The notes: generated by a model from the letters alone, not told the origin. 64,000 nt of DNA from Candidatus Terrybacteria bacterium RIFCSPHIGHO2_01_FULL_48_17 (GCA_001822835.1 MHSS01000015.1:2113-66112), one strand, 5' to 3'. Positions 18,847-28,127 are shown, counted from the first letter of the stretch. Translations and numbers: made by a program.

Positions 18847-20007
18847 TTATGCAGCCGCCTCTCTTTTGGTGTTTGCAAAATAGCGTTTGCGCGCTTCTTG
18901 CGGGAAAACTTCATCGTAGCTTCTTTCAAATGTTTCACGCATCAACGTCGAAAGTTCGCCGAATTTTGCCCTCCTCATTTCCGCAACCAAAGAGGCGAAC
19001 ATACTTAATGATCCGCGGGCTGCAGTCCAATCGCCATTTCGACCCCTTTCTGTCGTAAGGTCCCCCACCGAATCTAAATCGACTATGCGTGCATCAAGCG
19101 TGATATTATGTGGAGTAAGAAAATCATGATGCCAGCCATTTTCGTGCATATGTGCAACATTTTTGCCAAGCGTTTTTGCAAACCACAAAAAATAGTCGGG
19201 GTATGATAAGTGTATATCGCCCTTCTGTTGTACCATCTGGGACACCAGAGCTCTTGCATCATTTAAAAGTAGCTCTGGATTTTCGTGAGATTCAAGGTCT
19301 TGGATCCTCGTTTTCGTTCCAAAGGCGCGCATTTCAAGCACTGGCTGAAAGCTTGGGTCCAATAACCCTCGGTTTCGTACTTCTTCAAGCCCTACCCTTT
19401 TTTCATCCACGAGTAACTCTTCAAGTTTTATAATTCCAACGGTTCGAGAAGTTGAAATGCCGGCGCGCAAAAATGCCTCGCTTGTATCACGATCGTACAA
19501 GGCCAAATTATAATCGAGAAGCCCTCGCTTCCCCAAAGTATAATCCAATTCGCCCCCCGGTTGCGTCACATGTGCATTCTTGCTCCCAGAAAAGAAGCGA
19601 GGGAATTCAATGCTCCCGATTCCTTTGATATCAACATCACGGTATAAATTCCCCTGTGCATCCTGAAAAATAACGCGTCCCAAAAGCGTGGAGCGTCTGT
19701 GTTCTGGAGAAACCTCAAGAAGACATCTTCCCTCGCTGTCTTGTTTTAAACGACGGTGCAACTCCGTGGGAAACGACATTTCCGCAAACATTCCAAGCGG
19801 TGTCGACTTTCCCTCTTCGATCCGAAATGGGAGATTTGGGAAATCAGGATTAACCCAATCAACCGTGTTTTTGACTTCGGCAAACTGAACCAGGCGCTCA
19901 CGCCAGTGCTCGCTCGCATATTGTTCAAGCTCCCCGCCTTTTCCCGTTGGCAATTCTCGTTCCGGCACAATATAGGGTCTTCTACGATTATCGGGGTTCG
20001 ACCCCAA
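18847..20007 (-). CDS. hypothetical protein with protein-kinase-like / APH-fold motifs
   Basis: 386 aa. HHDFLTPHN resembles a catalytic loop and IVDLD a DFG-like metal-binding motif. TTG start at 20007, 7 nt after the upstream stop. Confidence 0.4.
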   Translation of the reverse strand: MGSNPDNRRRPYIVPERELPTGKGGELEQYASEHWRERLVQFAEVKNTVDWVNPDFPNLPFRIEEGKSTPLGMFAEMSFPTELHRRLKQDSEGRCLLEVSPEHRRSTLLGRVIFQDAQGNLYRDVDIKGIGSIEFPRFFSGSKNAHVTQPGGELDYTLGKRGLLDYNLALYDRDTSEAFLRAGISTSRTVGIIKLEELLVDEKRVGLEEVRNRGLLDPSFQPVLEMRAFGTKTRIQDLESHENPELLLNDARALVSQMVQQKGDIHLSYPDYFLWFAKTLGKNVAHMHENGWHHDFLTPHNITLDARIVDLDSVGDLTTERGRNGDWTAARGSLSMFASLVAEMRRAKFGELSTLMRETFERSYDEVFPQEARKRYFANTKREAAA

Positions 20008-20014
20008 TAGTAAA

Positions 20015-20725
20015 TTATTCGGGCTCGGTAAGAATTTCTAAAACATCCCCATCCTCAACGCCGTATTTTACCGCCCATTCTGAAAGATAAGCGCGGGAAC
20101 GTTCAGAAAATTTTCTGCCTCCCAACAACTCTTTTTCTTCCTCAATATATTGACGTATGCCCGACGTTACAATCTGTCGACGTTCATTGGGATCCAGCTT
20201 CTCAAGAATTGGGTGCATTTCCGGCCAATTTAATATTTCTGAAAATTTCTTGCGTTGTACCGATAAATCAAAAAATTGTTGTGCTGCGTGGCGAGACATC
20301 TTATCGAACTCTTCCCTGTCTTCCTGAGTGACAAACTCCCCGAATACACGATTAATTGGCACCGCCCGCTCTAAATGCCGACGCAACAACAGAAATTGAT
20401 CCGGGGAAAGGCCTTCGTGGAGGTCTTGAAGTTTTCTATACTCTTCAGGATCGCGCAGGCGCTGATATTCAGACATATGATACTCAAAATAATTGCGCGC
20501 AAAATCTGCAATTTCTCGCGACGTCAACTCGTCTTTTAATCCCCCCTTCAGCAACAACCGCTGCGCATACTCAAAATTGTTTTGCTGTACGGCCTCATTA
20601 AACTCCGCCGTTCGCTCTTCCATGAGTTTTCCCCACTCCGTTCCGGCATAGGACCGGTTAGATAATACATCCCACCTTGTATTGAAAGGTTTTCCTCCTT
20701 CAAGTTGCGGGCCGTGTTCGGGCAT
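20015..20725 (-). CDS. hypothetical acidic alpha-helical protein, co-operonic with the kinase-like gene
   Basis: 236 aa, no TM helix, no recognised family. ATG at 20725. Confidence 0.45.
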   Translation of the reverse strand: MPEHGPQLEGGKPFNTRWDVLSNRSYAGTEWGKLMEERTAEFNEAVQQNNFEYAQRLLLKGGLKDELTSREIADFARNYFEYHMSEYQRLRDPEEYRKLQDLHEGLSPDQFLLLRRHLERAVPINRVFGEFVTQEDREEFDKMSRHAAQQFFDLSVQRKKFSEILNWPEMHPILEKLDPNERRQIVTSGIRQYIEEEKELLGGRKFSERSRAYLSEWAVKYGVEDGDVLEILTEPE

Positions 20726-20774
20726 AGATTATCGTCGCAGCAGCTTACTATGGGGATCCGATCCCCATATTCGA

Positions 20775-22034
20775 TTACGAGATACGCTCAAAATTAACAT
20801 AGGGACGCAAGATATCAGGTACGACTATGGATCCATCGTTTTGCTGGTAATTCTCGATAATGGCGATAAGCATACGACCAATAGCAATCGCAGTTGCATT
20901 AAGCATGTGCACATAGTCGGTTTTGCCGGCTTTGTTTTTATATCGCACATTAATCCCTCGCGCCTGAAAATCTGTGGTATTTGAGGCCGAGTGCGTTTCG
21001 CGATACTCTCCCTTCCCGCCATTCTGCCCCGGAAGCCACGTTTCAATATCAAACTGGTGAGCATCGGTCCATCCCATATCGCCCGTGCATATCTCTACCA
21101 CGCGATACGAAAACCCAAGTCCCTGCACTAATCGTTCCTGCCATGCAACAAGACGCTCGAGTTCCTCTTCAGAATCTTCTGGCTTGGCGAAAACAAACAT
21201 TTCAAGCTTATCAAATTGATGCACGCGCAAAATCCCTTTTGTATCTTTTCCGTAAGAACCAGCTTCCCTGCGAAAACATGTTGAGAACCCAAGATACCGC
21301 TTGGGCAGCTCGCTTTCTTTCAGGATCTCTCCGCTATGCATAGGACCAATAGTGTGCTCTGCGCTCCCCGCAAGATAAAGATCATCTTTTTGCAGATAAT
21401 ACCGATCCTCTTCTTGATCCGCGGCAAGACGCCCCATGCCACGAAACATTTCCGGCTTTATCATGGAAAGTGCGATAACAGGCGTAAAACCCTCAGACAA
21501 CAGCAAATCCTGACCATAGCGAATAAGCGCAAATTCAAGAAGCGCTACTTCGTTTTTTAAAATGCCAAACCGCGTGCCAGCCACTTTTGCACCCCGTTCC
21601 ATATCAATAAGATCAAGATCTTCTGCGAGCGTAAGATAATTTTTTGGTTTAAACGAAAAATCTATTTTTTCTCCCCCCTCGCGCACCACTTTGTTGTCGC
21701 ATTCATCTTTCCCCTCAAGCATTGATACCAACGGAAGGTTGGGCAACTGTAAAAGCGTTTGCCCGAGCTTTTGCGAAAGATCTCGTTGTGTTGGTTCAAG
21801 ATTCTTAAGACGCACCTTAATATCTTCGGCATCTTTTTTCTTGTCATCGTCTCCCTCCGCAATATCCTTGCTTAATTGATTCAGCACCGCGCGCAAATCT
21901 TCAAGTTGTTTAAGTATCTGGCGATGTTCCGCATCAAGGGCAAGCAAAGCATCAATATCGACATCAGCACCTTTTCTGCGAAGGCCATCTTTCACAATAT
22001 TTGGGTTTTCCCGGATGAATTTTATGTCTAACAT
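20775..22034 (-). CDS. serS: serine--tRNA ligase
   Basis: 419 aa. N-terminal coiled-coil arm plus class II motifs (FRRE, GLGFSYR). Confidence 0.9.
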   Translation of the reverse strand: MLDIKFIRENPNIVKDGLRRKGADVDIDALLALDAEHRQILKQLEDLRAVLNQLSKDIAEGDDDKKKDAEDIKVRLKNLEPTQRDLSQKLGQTLLQLPNLPLVSMLEGKDECDNKVVREGGEKIDFSFKPKNYLTLAEDLDLIDMERGAKVAGTRFGILKNEVALLEFALIRYGQDLLLSEGFTPVIALSMIKPEMFRGMGRLAADQEEDRYYLQKDDLYLAGSAEHTIGPMHSGEILKESELPKRYLGFSTCFRREAGSYGKDTKGILRVHQFDKLEMFVFAKPEDSEEELERLVAWQERLVQGLGFSYRVVEICTGDMGWTDAHQFDIETWLPGQNGGKGEYRETHSASNTTDFQARGINVRYKNKAGKTDYVHMLNATAIAIGRMLIAIIENYQQNDGSIVVPDILRPYVNFERIS

Positions 22035-22091
22035 AAATACTACAAAATACGGATCTGTACGAATATACGAATAGGTTTTAACATATAACGA

Positions 22092-22697
22092 TCATTGGCG
22101 AAAATAGTTTTGAATTTCTGGCAAAAGGGCGGCAAGGGCTCGACGGCGATGGCTTAGCTTCGCATTTTCTTCTGGGGTAAGTTCCACCGCATATTTTTTA
22201 AGACCAGGAAGGTAAAAAATAGAACGGTAGGGATACCCTTTATCGCGCTGCGGGTGCGCTTCTTTAGTAATAATCCCCGGCAGCGATGCCTCATAAGACG
22301 CAACCTCGCCCCGTGGTGTCGCAAAAGTAACAACGGTACGAAATTGTGCCTGCCGTTTCCCTTCGGGCACATCGGACATTTGTTCAAGACAGTATTCAAT
22401 AAGTTCTTCGTCCCCAGCCGTATAGCCCGGCCAGCGGCGCGATTTAATGCCGGGTTCTCCTCCTAATGCTTTAATTTCCAGTCCCCCGTCATCTGCAACA
22501 GCAGGCATATTAAAATGCTGTGTATATATTTTTGCTTTCAGAATCGCATTTTCTTCAAATGTTTTTCCTGTTTCCTCGACTTCAGGGACGTCCCTAAAAT
22601 CGGACAGGGCAATAATTTCTAGGCCTTCCAACACGGAGAAGACAGTTTTCAAATCACGAAATTTTGCCGGGTTTGCTGTCGCAAGCAATAATTCCAT
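22092..22697 (-). CDS. rdgB: non-canonical purine NTP pyrophosphatase (RdgB/HAM1 family)
   Basis: 201 aa with a Ham1 family pattern (TANPAKF...). Confidence 0.8.
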   Translation of the reverse strand: MELLLATANPAKFRDLKTVFSVLEGLEIIALSDFRDVPEVEETGKTFEENAILKAKIYTQHFNMPAVADDGGLEIKALGGEPGIKSRRWPGYTAGDEELIEYCLEQMSDVPEGKRQAQFRTVVTFATPRGEVASYEASLPGIITKEAHPQRDKGYPYRSIFYLPGLKKYAVELTPEENAKLSHRRRALAALLPEIQNYFRQ

Positions 22698-22706
22698 TGC
22701 ATTATC

Positions 22707-22931
22707 TTATTTCAATAGATTCCATGGAAAACTGTCGCGAATGCAAGCGCCGCTCTTATCTGGATAAGAAGGACCGGTCGTTTTGCAAAAATAGCCATCA
22801 GGACACTCCCAACCACCTATGCCGCCGCAAATTGAACCCTCTGGCGCCCTCCCTGTACGAACGAGAATAAACAGGCCGACCAGGAGAAAAATAACCAACA
22901 ATACGATAAATATCAGAAGCTTTTTTGTCAT
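22707..22931 (-). CDS. hypothetical small secreted/membrane-anchored Cys-rich protein
   Basis: 74 aa. N-terminal TM/signal segment followed by a 4-Cys region (CGGIGGWECPDGYFC...C). It starts 9 nt after the lysS stop. Confidence 0.45.
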   Translation of the reverse strand: MTKKLLIFIVLLVIFLLVGLFILVRTGRAPEGSICGGIGGWECPDGYFCKTTGPSYPDKSGACIRDSFPWNLLK

Positions 22932-22940
22932 GCTTATTCT

Positions 22941-24419
22941 CTATCCCCTCTCCCCTGTTTTTGGTTTCATCGTCGGAAACAAAATTATCTCCCGCAAGCT
23001 CGGGGCGTCAGTTAACAACATCACCAAACGGTCAACGCCAATACCAAGACCTGCCGCTGGCGGCATGCCGTATTCCATGGTTTCCAAATATTCTTCGTCC
23101 AAACGTTGCGCTTCTTGGGAGCCGGCTTTGCGCGCTTTCTCTTGTTCTTCAAATCGCCTACGCTGCTCAATAGGATCATTGAGCTCGGAAAACGCGTTGA
23201 CAATTTCCATCCCGCCAACTACGAGCTGAAAACGGTCGGCAACCTCCCCTCCTACGCGTCGGGATCCCTCGCTCTGGCTCGGGACTTTTGCTTTTGCCAA
23301 AGGAGAAAGCTCAAGCGGATGCTCAATAATGAAAGTTGGATTCCATAAGTGTTCAAGGCATCGTTTTTTAAAAATTGCGTCGAGTTGTTCTTCACGCGTG
23401 GGTTGTTCTTGTATGTCGACACCCACCTGCTCCGCCTGTTTTGTGATTTCCGCATATGACGCATTTGCGATATCAAGGCGCGCATATTTTTTTAGTGCCG
23501 CAGCAAAAAGCAGTTTAGTGAATGGTCTCTTAGACACAATCTCCTTTCCACGAAATAAAATAGGTTTACCCCCCTTTGCTTTTTTTACAATGTTTTCAAA
23601 AATGCTTTCGACAAATTTCATAAGACCTTCGGCATCCTGATACGCCCAATAGGCCTCTAAAATAGTAAATTCGGGGTTATGCGTTGCATCCATTCCTTCG
23701 TTCCGGAAAGCTGTCCCGAGCTCAAATATCTTTTCAAACCCACCTACCAACAAACGCTTCAAATAAAGCTCTGGTGCAACACGAAGAAAAAGATCTAAAT
23801 TAAGGGCATTAAGATGGGTTTTGAAAGGTCTTGCCGATGCGCCACCAGGAATCGATTGTAGCATGGGTGTTGCAACTTCCATAAAACCCTTGTTCATAAA
23901 TTCCCGCCTCAACAGCTCAACGATATTTGCGCGCGCTACAAAACGTTGACGTACATCGTCGTTCACTAAAAGATCGAGCGCGCGGTTGCGATACCGCTCT
24001 TCAATATCTTTGAGCCCGTAAAAATGTGTTGGGGGCGGTACAAGCGCTTTTGCTAAAAGCCGACTTTCTTTCACCTCGAGTGTCTCTTCTCCCCTCTGTG
24101 TCTTAAAAGGAACGCCCTTTGTCCATATAAAATCCCCCGTCTCAAGCGTCTCTACGGCCTTGTTAAAGGCCGTCTCTCCCATTACGTCCCTACGAAGGAG
24201 TAGTTGCAGTTTTCCGGAAGCATCCACCACATCCATAAATACCGCGCCGCCATGCCCCCGTGTTGCCATAATTCGCCCAACAATTGAAATACTCTTTTTG
24301 CTCTTGGCTAAGGATAAAAAACGTTTATGAAGACCGCCAATCTCCACGCGCCTAACCGCCTTACCAGGATATGCGGCGTGTTTGCTGCGCAATAAACGAA
24401 GTTCTTCTTTCCGTTCCAT
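22941..24419 (-). CDS. lysS: lysine--tRNA ligase (class II)
   Basis: OB-fold anticodon-binding domain plus class II core (FRNEGMD...). Start chosen at MERKEEL (about 24419, +/-1 nt); the track N-terminal extension overlaps the MMPL gene. Confidence 0.85.
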   Translation of the reverse strand: MERKEELRLLRSKHAAYPGKAVRRVEIGGLHKRFLSLAKSKKSISIVGRIMATRGHGGAVFMDVVDASGKLQLLLRRDVMGETAFNKAVETLETGDFIWTKGVPFKTQRGEETLEVKESRLLAKALVPPPTHFYGLKDIEERYRNRALDLLVNDDVRQRFVARANIVELLRREFMNKGFMEVATPMLQSIPGGASARPFKTHLNALNLDLFLRVAPELYLKRLLVGGFEKIFELGTAFRNEGMDATHNPEFTILEAYWAYQDAEGLMKFVESIFENIVKKAKGGKPILFRGKEIVSKRPFTKLLFAAALKKYARLDIANASYAEITKQAEQVGVDIQEQPTREEQLDAIFKKRCLEHLWNPTFIIEHPLELSPLAKAKVPSQSEGSRRVGGEVADRFQLVVGGMEIVNAFSELNDPIEQRRRFEEQEKARKAGSQEAQRLDEEYLETMEYGMPPAAGLGIGVDRLVMLLTDAPSLREIILFPTMKPKTGERG

Positions 24420-24504
24420 CCTTTCAAGAATAGCGTATTTATGGGTAAAAATGAAGCGGCGAGCCGCTGAAGCCCGCATTCCCCCATGATACAAAAACTT
24501 GTTT

Positions 24505-26553
24505 TTAGGCAGGTTCTTTTGGTTGAGGATAACGAGCAAACAAACGCGCAAGCGCAGGCAATAGCACCAGGGCGGTTGCCGCTGCACCAGCAGTCATCAA
24601 CGCAATCAGAATACCAAGCTCCTTAATAGGAGGAAACGAGGAGAAAAGATACACCAGAAATGCAGCAATAGTGGCAATGGCATCAATAAGAATGGGTTTT
24701 CCGGTTGTTCTTCCGATTTCTGCAAAATCGTCGGGTGTGCATGCTTTTGTTTTCCGTGCGTGATCGAGGAAATGCAGACCAAAATCAAGCCCGATGCCAA
24801 CAGCGATGCCAGTAATTAATGCCGTCGCCATGGTCAATGATATGCCAAGCCACCCCATGGCGCCAAAAGTAAGGACAGTTGCAAGAATAAAGGGCAATGG
24901 CGCCAGCACTCCAAAGCGCAGGGCGCGAAAAGCAAAGATACAAACCAAAAGAGCGATTATCACTGATGCAATAATATTATTAACTTGTCCTCGTATCATG
25001 ACGTCATCTTGCTCGGCAGCAAGCGCCATATCTCCTGCCGTAGCAATTGTAATACCCGGAAGATGGGATTGGCCGGCCTTCAGAACCATTTCGCGAACAC
25101 TCCGGATAACATTGCTTTCGGTAGAACGAAGCCGAATGCGCAAAAGTGCGTAACGATACGATTCATCAAAGGGGTCGCCGAGTTTTTCCCATTGCGGAAT
25201 TACTATTCCGATATCGGGATTCGTTTGAAGGGCACCAACGTATTCCTGGAACGCAATGATCTCTTGCGGATCTGTAAAAATCCCCTCCGTTTTCCCATCA
25301 AGCAACACAACCATAGAAGCTGCCCCGCCAAAAGATGAACGCAAAATCTTATCGGCAGCCCGTGCCTCGTGATCGCTCGGAAAATAGGCAATGAGATCTG
25401 ATCCTACTTTAGGGGGTAAGCCAACAAGCACAAAAATGCTTACGGCTATTACCACGCCCGTCACTAAAATTGGATACGTGGAAGAAAAACGAGCAATGCT
25501 TGCGGCAAAAGCACCCAACGTTTTATCGATCGCAAGCTCGATTAAGCCCACGATTTTCCGTACCGTTCCTTGCTTTGGCGCCACCGGTCCAGTCCCAAAC
25601 ATCATCAATACCGCTGATCCTCCCCCTAAAGCAAAAAGTGCGGTTAAAACTGTCCCGATCGACGTGACAATCCCAAACGTCCGGATGGTGGTAATGGGAA
25701 AGGTCCCCAATGTTGCAAACCCAACTGCCGCAATAGCGCTTCCCCACAAAACCGGCCAAGCGCTTTGATGCAAAGCGGAAGTAAGTGCTTGGAGAGGATT
25801 TGCCCCTTCACGTCGCAAATCCTGGAAATGCACAAAAAGATATACAATATAGGGACCGCCGAAGGCAATGAGTATTAAGGGAGTAAGCATAAGGATCAAC
25901 GATACCCCAATTCCAAAGGCCCCGATACCGGCAAACATAAGCGCTACAACGGTAGCAAGCAGGAAAAATGCGCCAATCGCCAACATGATTTTCCTAAACG
26001 ACATCCAAAATACGAAAAACATTAGGCCGAATGAAAGCGGCAAAAGCAACATAAGGTCACGCGCGATACCATTTTGGATGTCATGCACTAATACTTCCCG
26101 ACCAGTCAGCAAAACTCTTCCTACTCCGACACTTTCTAGGGCACGCCGCATAGACGGGATCATAGCAAGAATTTCATCGCTCAAGGTTGCATCGATTTCC
26201 ATTGGAACCAATACTGCCCGATCATTGGCAGAAGGTTGACAATCCGTAAACCAAACTCCTGGATATTGTGCAAATGAAAACGCCTTTTCACAAATATCGA
26301 GAAAAGTGGTTCGTTCAATTGGGTTTTCGGATGTCACGACAAAGGCGATTGTCTCTCGCTTGCCCACGGCCCGTTCAATAAACGAAAAATCCTGGAGTAC
26401 GGAATTATCATTAGGAAGGTCGCGATCGATGGGAACGCGAGAAACATGAAGGGTTCCGACCGCGATAGCAATGGAACCGATAAGCAAAACGGCGAATCCC
26501 AAAAGCGCTGCAAAACGAAACCGCATTGCAAGAAATGTAAGTTGTGAGATCAT
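24505..26553 (-). CDS. MMPL/RND superfamily transporter
   Basis: 682 aa. Two 6-TM bundles separated by a large extracytoplasmic loop. SD GGGGAA sits 4 nt before the ATG. Confidence 0.7.
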   Translation of the reverse strand: MISQLTFLAMRFRFAALLGFAVLLIGSIAIAVGTLHVSRVPIDRDLPNDNSVLQDFSFIERAVGKRETIAFVVTSENPIERTTFLDICEKAFSFAQYPGVWFTDCQPSANDRAVLVPMEIDATLSDEILAMIPSMRRALESVGVGRVLLTGREVLVHDIQNGIARDLMLLLPLSFGLMFFVFWMSFRKIMLAIGAFFLLATVVALMFAGIGAFGIGVSLILMLTPLILIAFGGPYIVYLFVHFQDLRREGANPLQALTSALHQSAWPVLWGSAIAAVGFATLGTFPITTIRTFGIVTSIGTVLTALFALGGGSAVLMMFGTGPVAPKQGTVRKIVGLIELAIDKTLGAFAASIARFSSTYPILVTGVVIAVSIFVLVGLPPKVGSDLIAYFPSDHEARAADKILRSSFGGAASMVVLLDGKTEGIFTDPQEIIAFQEYVGALQTNPDIGIVIPQWEKLGDPFDESYRYALLRIRLRSTESNVIRSVREMVLKAGQSHLPGITIATAGDMALAAEQDDVMIRGQVNNIIASVIIALLVCIFAFRALRFGVLAPLPFILATVLTFGAMGWLGISLTMATALITGIAVGIGLDFGLHFLDHARKTKACTPDDFAEIGRTTGKPILIDAIATIAAFLVYLFSSFPPIKELGILIALMTAGAAATALVLLPALARLFARYPQPKEPA

Positions 26554-26616
26554 TCGTTCCCCATTTTAAGATTATTATGAACTTACTATACCACAAGACA
26601 AATCCTCCGATACTAC

Positions 26617-26642
26617 AAACCCCGCCGTAGGGCGGGGTTTTG
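26617..26642. terminator. rho-independent terminator downstream of greA
   Basis: aaaccccgcc-gtag-ggcggggtttt. Confidence 0.65.
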
Positions 26643-27107
26643 CTAGGTCACCGCGATTATTTTCCAGCGTACCTTACCGTCGGGAGCGGTTGCTTCAACC
26701 GTATCCCCAGGTTTATGTCCCAAGAGCACCTTTCCCAAAGGGGATTCATTTGAAATGCGCCCCTCTTCTGGCTGCGCCTCCTCGCCTCCCACAATCGTAA
26801 AGGTTTTGGGCTTATTTCGCGCCCCCTCTCGTTCAACGACCACGGTCGAGCCAATACCTATTGCACCTCCATTTTTTTGGGGCGAGATTATTTCTGCCTG
26901 TTCCACCATCGCCTCAAGCTCAACAATCCTACCTTCAATAAATGCTTGCTCTTCTTTCGCTTCCTGGTACTCCGCATTTTCCGAAAGATCGCCAAACGAT
27001 ATTGCGCGCTGTAATTTTTCAGTAAGCTCTTTCCTCCGATTTTTCTTGAGATCCAAAAGCTCCTCCTGGATTCGTTGGAGCCCTTCTTTGGTTACATAAT
27101 ACGGCAT
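26643..27107 (-). CDS. greA: transcription elongation factor GreA
   Basis: GreA N-terminal coiled-coil and C-terminal FKBP-like domain. Start chosen at MPYYVTKEG (27107); alternative in-frame ATGs are at 27128 and 27137. Confidence 0.8.
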   Translation of the reverse strand: MPYYVTKEGLQRIQEELLDLKKNRRKELTEKLQRAISFGDLSENAEYQEAKEEQAFIEGRIVELEAMVEQAEIISPQKNGGAIGIGSTVVVEREGARNKPKTFTIVGGEEAQPEEGRISNESPLGKVLLGHKPGDTVEATAPDGKVRWKIIAVT

Positions 27108-27371
27108 ACCCCGCGAGAAGCTCACCATCCGTTTCATGGCCGTAAAAACCAACGGGTTTTTACAACAAAGAGAAAGAATGGCCACTATTTTTATTAAACA
27201 ATAATAAGCATCGCCTGTGCTGCCCCACAATTTTCTAACGGGGCATAAGTATAAATAAAAGTCCCAATGTCACAATCTCCGCCTGCGCGGCCGAACTTTC
27301 GGCGGACAGGCAAATGACCAATGGGAACGTATACGATAGTGCTCTTTATTATTCACCATCGCGGCCTTATG

Positions 27372-28127
27372 TCAAGGCCGTATTATCCGCAGCCGCCTTC
27401 TCCGCCATTCGAATACTTTCTGGTGGTTGCCGGAAAGCAGGATCTTTGGAACTCGCCACATAATCCTTTTGTTTTTGGGATTAGGGAAAAATGCTTCCGG
27501 GCGAGTGTAATGTGGATATTCGCCCTGAACCAGATCGCGCCGTCGCGCGGACGGTCCAAGGCTACCCCGAACCGTACCACGCGCACGCGGTTCTGGTTCG
27601 GGGCGCCAGCCGAAAGAAAACGACTCCTCCTTTAAAGATTCCTTGTTTCCAAGAACTCCCGGCAGCAACCGGGCCACGGCATCAACGACTACCATAGCAG
27701 GAACCTCTCCACCTGTCAGCACATAGGGTCCAATAGAAATTTCTTCATCTGCAATGTACTTTCTCACACGCTCATCAACCCCTTCGTACCTACCGCAGAT
27801 TAATATTAAATGCGACAACGCCGCATAGCGTTTGGCCGTCTTTTGAGTAAATTGTTTCCCGCCTGCAGAGAATAAGACAATTTTTGTCTTCCTTTTTTTC
27901 CGCAATGCTTGTACAGCGCGAAAGATAGGATCGACTTTCATCACCATACCTGCCCCCCCACCATAGGGACGCGCATCAGTGACTCTGTGAACATCGTGAG
28001 CCCAACGGCGCAAATTATGAATGGAAATTGAAAGATGGCGCGCTTTTTGGGCGCGTTTAAGTATAGATTCGGCAAAATATGACCGAAATATGTCTGGGAA
28101 AATGGTAAGAATGTCAACGTAAAGCAT
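27372..28127 (-). CDS. trmD: tRNA (guanine37-N1)-methyltransferase TrmD, carrying a roughly 23-aa GC-rich insertion
   Basis: Start at ATG 28127 (MLYVDILTIFPDIF...). SPOUT-fold motifs are present. The insertion WRPEPEPRARGTVRGSLGPSARRRD lies before the conserved PHYTRPE. Confidence 0.85.
   Translation of the reverse strand: MLYVDILTIFPDIFRSYFAESILKRAQKARHLSISIHNLRRWAHDVHRVTDARPYGGGAGMVMKVDPIFRAVQALRKKRKTKIVLFSAGGKQFTQKTAKRYAALSHLILICGRYEGVDERVRKYIADEEISIGPYVLTGGEVPAMVVVDAVARLLPGVLGNKESLKEESFSFGWRPEPEPRARGTVRGSLGPSARRRDLVQGEYPHYTRPEAFFPNPKNKRIMWRVPKILLSGNHQKVFEWRRRRLRIIRP

Noticed and set aside
18847-20725. Whether the acidic protein and the kinase-like protein are one gene split by a stop or a frameshift (pseudogene or recoding)
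   Set aside because: The two frames are offset by 10 nt, and the first gene ends in a clean TAA after an acidic tail. The second begins with its own TTG/GTG start. Two genes is the simpler reading, though a fusion in relatives cannot be excluded.
20751-20765. ggggatccgatcccc palindrome read as a terminator for serS
   Set aside because: The loop is 1-5 nt with no U-run on the minus strand. It is more likely a copy of the GGGATC palindromic repeat family.
22941-24587. Extended LysS N-terminus as in the ORF track (start at 24587)
   Set aside because: The extension overlaps the 3' end of the MMPL gene by about 80 nt and has no LysS-like sequence. An internal ATG at about 24419 gives a normal LysS N-terminus.
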